Shown here one piece after another: positions 59,858 to 64,000 of a stretch of 64,000 nucleotides of DNA; position 1 is the first letter of the stretch, and every line of letters begins with the position of its first letter. The translations under genes were made by a program, and so were the position numbers. The notes beneath the pieces are model-generated. The model saw nothing but the letters and a program-made list of their open reading frames with translations, ran no database searches and was not told the origin of the DNA. The DNA is from Nocardioides sp. (GTDB lineage: Bacteria > Actinomycetota > Actinomycetes > Propionibacteriales > Nocardioidaceae), in the NCBI RefSeq assembly GCF_047602075.1, contig NZ_JASGIF010000002.1:1322609-1386608 (forward strand), given 5' to 3'.

Positions 59858-60916
59858 CTACTTGTCTGCCTCGTCCACCACGGGCTGCCAGGCGAGGTGG
59901 TTGACCCAGCGGCCGTCGGCGATCTGGTGCCAGTCGCTGCCGTCGGGGTGGACGGCGTAGACCGGACCGCCCACGGTGTGCGCGTCGGGCTGCCCTACCG
60001 CCGTGGTCGCGATGTAGTCACCGTCCGGGGACCAGGTCACCGCAGGGTTGTAGCGCTTGCAGCCGCAGCTCCCGATGCTGCGCAGCACCGTCGAGTCGCT
60101 GCCGTCGGTCGGCAGCACCACCAGATCGATGTCGCGCACCGCGTCCCAACCGTGCGCCTGCAGCAGGGCGAGACTCGAGCCGTCGGGTGACCAGGCCGGG
60201 CCAGCCGCGGGCACGCCGCCGACCGCGCCGAGTCGGGTCACCTTCCCGCTGGCGACGTCGACCACGAAGTAGGCCACCTGCCGGTAGGCGCCGGCGTAGG
60301 CAGAGAACGCGATCCGGCTACCGTCCGGCGACCAGGCCGCGAAGATCACCTCGTGCCCGACGGCCAGTGGGGGCGCGCTGCCGCCGCCCATGCTGCCCCG
60401 AGTGATCGTCTTGCCGTCCCAGGCGGCCAGTTGAGTGCCGTCGGCTGAGACGGCGACATTGCAGGTCCGGTCGGGGCAGTCGTAGATCGCCCTGTCTTCA
60501 CCGGTGGCCAGGAAGCGGCTGCGGAGCTTGCCGTCATAGGTATAGATCAGGGTCGACCCGTCCGTCGTGAACTGGAAGGGGCCGAACGCGCCGGCCGCGG
60601 TCGCCGGCAGTTGCGTGGTCGGCTTCCCACTCGCTCGCGTCACCGCCGCTTGGCCGTCGCCGTCGACGGACAGGCCGACGAGGGCGCCGTTGGCGTCGAA
60701 CACCGGGCCGGCGGCAACGGGCGGCGCACTGTCGGGACGGAGTTGTTGTACGCCGACGCCGACGCCGACGACCGCCAGCACGGCAACCACCGCGCCTGCC
60801 CTGGTCGCCCGCCTGCGACGGCGGAGCTGGCGCAGCGACTGCCAGCCCTGCTCGACGTCCGGGGTGGTGCGGAGCAGCTCGTCGGTGGCCTCTTTGGCTC
60901 GCGCATTCAGATCCAT
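59858..60916 (-). CDS. Putative anti-sigma factor with TM and TolB/PD40-like beta-propeller
   Basis: Short N-terminal helix, RRRRR then TM, repeated WSPDG motifs; coupled to the ECF stop. Confidence 0.8.
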   Translation of the reverse strand: MDLNARAKEATDELLRTTPDVEQGWQSLRQLRRRRRATRAGAVVAVLAVVGVGVGVQQLRPDSAPPVAAGPVFDANGALVGLSVDGDGQAAVTRASGKPTTQLPATAAGAFGPFQFTTDGSTLIYTYDGKLRSRFLATGEDRAIYDCPDRTCNVAVSADGTQLAAWDGKTITRGSMGGGSAPPLAVGHEVIFAAWSPDGSRIAFSAYAGAYRQVAYFVVDVASGKVTRLGAVGGVPAAGPAWSPDGSSLALLQAHGWDAVRDIDLVVLPTDGSDSTVLRSIGSCGCKRYNPAVTWSPDGDYIATTAVGQPDAHTVGGPVYAVHPDGSDWHQIADGRWVNHLAWQPVVDEADK

Positions 60917-61467
60917 CACTCGTCCCCTCCGTCGGCGGCGGACTCGGCCGACCCCTCGGCGATGCCCAGGGTGTCGCTGAGCGCCCGGCGCGCTCGACTC
61001 AGATGTTGTTTCACGGTGCCCTCGCTGCACGACAGCACGGCTGCGATATCGGCGATGGGCAGGTCGTAGACGAAGCGCAGCGCTGCTGCCTGCGCCTGTC
61101 GCTTGGGCAGTGCCCGGACCGCGCGCCAGAACTCCTCGGTGTCCTCGCTCACCGGCGGCAGATCGCGCCGGTTGGCCAGCCGTCCGACCACACGCAGCTC
61201 GACCATCTTGCGCCGGAAGCTGGAGACCGCGAGGTTGGCGCACGCCCGCCGGGCCCAGAGATCTGGTCGCTCCAGCCGGGCGACGTGGTCCCACTTGCGG
61301 TAGGCCGCCAGCATCGCCTCCTGGGCGATGTCCTCGGCCACCCCCGGTGGGCACAGTCCCCGCGCCAGCACGACCAACCGCGGCAGCTCGGCGGCATAGA
61401 ACTCCTCGAACGACGGCAGGCCGCGGTGCTGCTCGGCAGCCGCGGTCGACACGTCGAGGTGATCCAT
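60916..61467 (-). CDS. ECF sigma-70 factor
   Basis: AEDIAQEAML, GTVKQHLSRAR. Confidence 0.9.
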   Translation of the reverse strand: MDHLDVSTAAAEQHRGLPSFEEFYAAELPRLVVLARGLCPPGVAEDIAQEAMLAAYRKWDHVARLERPDLWARRACANLAVSSFRRKMVELRVVGRLANRRDLPPVSEDTEEFWRAVRALPKRQAQAAALRFVYDLPIADIAAVLSCSEGTVKQHLSRARRALSDTLGIAEGSAESAADGGDE

Positions 61468-61668
61468 CGTCCTCACACCCATCTACTCGCTCGAACGGGC
61501 TCTCAGGATGACATCCGGAGGAAAACCATTCTGGGACCGGTGTGTCTGCTGGGCCTGGTGGGACTCGGAGGCCGGCGCCGACTATCCACAGGCCATACCT
61601 GTGTGTCTAGCGCCCGGGACGGAGATTGCCCTAGGTTCTCGGGAACTGACCTCTTCGGGGAGGTGCTG

Positions 61669-62922
61669 ATGACCGCGTTGGGCGCCGAGACCCACGACGA
61701 GCTGGTGTTGCTGCTCGATGCCCGGGTGCGGGAGTTGGTCCGCACGGAGGGCGTGGATCCCCAGCGCGACGCCGGCGTCGTTCGCCGGATCGCAGAGCAA
61801 GCGGTGCGCGAGCACGACGAGCGCAGTCTCGCCGGCCTGGTCGCGCCCGTCACCGACGCCGACGGGATGGTCGGCGAACTGCTGGCTCGCGTCTCCGGCT
61901 TCGGGCCGCTTCAGCCATTCCTGGACGACCCGACCGTGGAGGAAGTGTGGATCAACGATCCAACCCGTGTCTTCATTGCGCGCGACGGCCGCCACGAGCT
62001 CACCAACTTGATGCTCACCGCTGGGCAGGTCCAAGAGTTGGTGGAGCGGATGCTCAAGTCCAGCGGCCGTCGGGTCGACCTCAGCTCCCCGTTCGTGGAC
62101 GCGATGCTGCCCGACGGTCACCGGTTGCACGTGGTTCTGCAAGGCATCAGCCGGGGCTTCAGCGCTGTCAACATTCGCAAGTTCGTGCTCAAGGCCGGCC
62201 GCCTCGGCGACCTGGTCGACCTGGGCACGCTGACGCAATCAGCCGCAGCCTTCCTGGATGCCTCGGTCAAGGCCGGTCTGAATCTTCTCGTCGCGGGCGG
62301 TACCCAGGCCGGGAAGACGACCCTGCTCACCTGCTTGGGGGCGGCTATCCCCGGTGGTGAGCGCGTCGTCAGCGTCGAGGAGGTGTTCGAGATTCGGGTT
62401 CTCCATCCGGACTGGGTGCAACTTCAGACCCGCCAGGCTGGCCTGGAGGGCACTGGCGAGATCCGGCTGCGCGACTTGGTCAAGGAGAGCCTACGGATGC
62501 GGCCCAGCCGGATCATCGTCGGGGAAGTCAGGGCCGAGGAGTGCCTGGATCTTCTCCTCGCGCTCAACGCCGGACTGCCGGGGATGTGCACGATCCACGC
62601 CAATAGCGCGCGGGAAGCGCTGGTGAAGATGTGCACGCTGCCGCTCCTAGCCGGCGAGAACATTTCGGCTCGCTTCGTCGTGCCCACCGTGGCCTCCTCG
62701 GTCGATCTGGTGGTGCATCTCGGCATCGACGAGCAGAGCGTACGCCGCGTGAACGAGATCGTGGCGGTCCCTGGACGTGCCGAGAACGACGTGATCGAGG
62801 TGGAGCCGATCTTCGAGCGCAGTCGAGGAGAGCTGCTCCGGGTGGGCGGGATGCCACCGCGACCGGAGCGCTACGAACGGGTCGGCATCGACCTGCACCA
62901 GATCCTGGGCGCTGATCGCTGA
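61669..62922 (+). CDS. tadA: CpaF/TadA pilus assembly ATPase
   Basis: GGTQAGKTT, LRMRPSRIIVGEVR, TIHANS. Confidence 0.93.
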   Translation: MTALGAETHDELVLLLDARVRELVRTEGVDPQRDAGVVRRIAEQAVREHDERSLAGLVAPVTDADGMVGELLARVSGFGPLQPFLDDPTVEEVWINDPTRVFIARDGRHELTNLMLTAGQVQELVERMLKSSGRRVDLSSPFVDAMLPDGHRLHVVLQGISRGFSAVNIRKFVLKAGRLGDLVDLGTLTQSAAAFLDASVKAGLNLLVAGGTQAGKTTLLTCLGAAIPGGERVVSVEEVFEIRVLHPDWVQLQTRQAGLEGTGEIRLRDLVKESLRMRPSRIIVGEVRAEECLDLLLALNAGLPGMCTIHANSAREALVKMCTLPLLAGENISARFVVPTVASSVDLVVHLGIDEQSVRRVNEIVAVPGRAENDVIEVEPIFERSRGELLRVGGMPPRPERYERVGIDLHQILGADR

Positions 62923-63773
62923 TGGGCGCGTTGATCGGCCTCGGCGTCGGGTTGGGCCTGCTCCTCGTCTGGTCGGCATTTGCGCTGCCTCGCCAGCCGA
63001 GACGGAGCACCCACACCTCGGCCGTCTCCCGGCTGCTTGCGACCGCCGGCATGTCGGGCGTGTCCAGCGCCAGCCTGGTCGCGCTCTGCCTCGGCCTTGC
63101 TGTGGTCGCAGCGGTCGCCATCCAGGCGGTGTCGCGGACTCTGCCGGTGGCCTTGGCGTTCGGCGTCGGGGCGGCGTACTTCCCGATCGCGGTCATCCGC
63201 GGCCGCGCTCGGCGACGTCAACGGGAGTTCGCCGAAGTCTGGCCGGAGGCTGTCGACAACCTCGCCTCGGCGGTCCGGGCGGGCATGTCGCTGCCGGACG
63301 CACTGTCCGCTCTGGGGGTGCGCGGGCCGGAGCCGCTGCGTGAGGCGTTCGATCGGTTTGCCATCGACTATCAGGTGAGTGGGCGCTTCGGTGAGTCGCT
63401 CGACCGGCTCAAGGAGCGCCTAGCCGACCCCGTCGGAGACCGGGTCGTCGAAGGGCTGCGCATCGCCCGCGAAGTGGGTGGTGGACAGTTGGGTCGGCTC
63501 CTTCGCAACCTGTCGGGCTACCTGCGTGACGAAGCGCGGACCCGCTCGGAGATGGAGGCCCGCCAGGCGTGGACGATCAACGGGGCCAGGCTGGCAACCG
63601 CATCGCCTTGGTTGATCTTGCTGATCATGTCGCTCCAGGGCGAGGTGATCCGGCGCTATGCCAGCCCGGGCGGGGTGGTGGTGCTGATCATCGGGGCAAG
63701 CTGCTGTGTGCTCGCCTACTGGCTGATGATGCGGCTGGGCCGCCTCCCCGATGAGAAGCGGATCTTGGCATGA
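62922..63773 (+). CDS. tadB: Type II secretion F-family protein (TadB)
   Basis: WPEAVDNLASAVRAGMSLPDAL, TM helices; follows tadA. Confidence 0.88.
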   Translation: MGALIGLGVGLGLLLVWSAFALPRQPRRSTHTSAVSRLLATAGMSGVSSASLVALCLGLAVVAAVAIQAVSRTLPVALAFGVGAAYFPIAVIRGRARRRQREFAEVWPEAVDNLASAVRAGMSLPDALSALGVRGPEPLREAFDRFAIDYQVSGRFGESLDRLKERLADPVGDRVVEGLRIAREVGGGQLGRLLRNLSGYLRDEARTRSEMEARQAWTINGARLATASPWLILLIMSLQGEVIRRYASPGGVVVLIIGASCCVLAYWLMMRLGRLPDEKRILA

Positions 63774-64000
63774 CGATGGCGACTTGGGGTGCGGTGCTCG
63801 GGGGATGTCTCGGTCTCGGAGTGATGCTGATCGTGGCACGGCTATCCACTATCCGGCGCCCACAGCTTTCGGTGCGGGTGCTGCCCTACCTGCGCGATCT
63901 TCCCGAGGCGGCGCAGGCGCTCGGCGCAGCACCACGCACACAGCTCTCACCAACGACGGCGGCCGCCGGGGTGTTCGGCCCGATGTTGGTCTCGGCGGGC
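63770..64000 (+). CDS. tadC: TadC-like protein, 3'-partial
   Basis: ATGA overlap with the tadB stop; TM start; runs off the window. Confidence 0.7.
   Translation, partial: MTMATWGAVLGGCLGLGVMLIVARLSTIRRPQLSVRVLPYLRDLPEAAQALGAAPRTQLSPTTAAAGVFGPMLVSAG

Overview
High-GC actinobacterial chromosome segment; gene content suggests Nocardioidaceae (Nocardioides-like), which is an inference. It is mostly housekeeping: acyl-CoA carboxylase/birA, purK-purE, arfB, ppk2, mshB, fdxA-dapC-dapD-ileS-dapE, pepA, sigE-rseA-htrA, WS/DGAT, pruA, NAD-GDH, Ku/LigD, cls and a split tad pilus locus. I saw no tRNA, rRNA, CRISPR array, integrase or transposase. The most interesting signals are non-coding. (1) A compact, previously unexpected translational T-box riboswitch lies upstream of a short non-discriminating AspRS (21911-22083, minus). 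It has an Asp (GAC) specifier in canonical position, a UGGCACC bulge matching G73 tRNAs, and an SD-sequestering hairpin. The well-known ileS T-box is in the same window as an internal control. (2) Four copies of a ~95-140 bp modular palindromic REP/BIME-like element lie just downstream of stop codons. Also notable: an Sm/Hfq-like hypothetical protein, a structured orphan intergenic element after cls, a 1012-aa membrane protein with a split alpha/beta-hydrolase, two identical-context +1 A frameshifts and two apparent non-canonical start codons.
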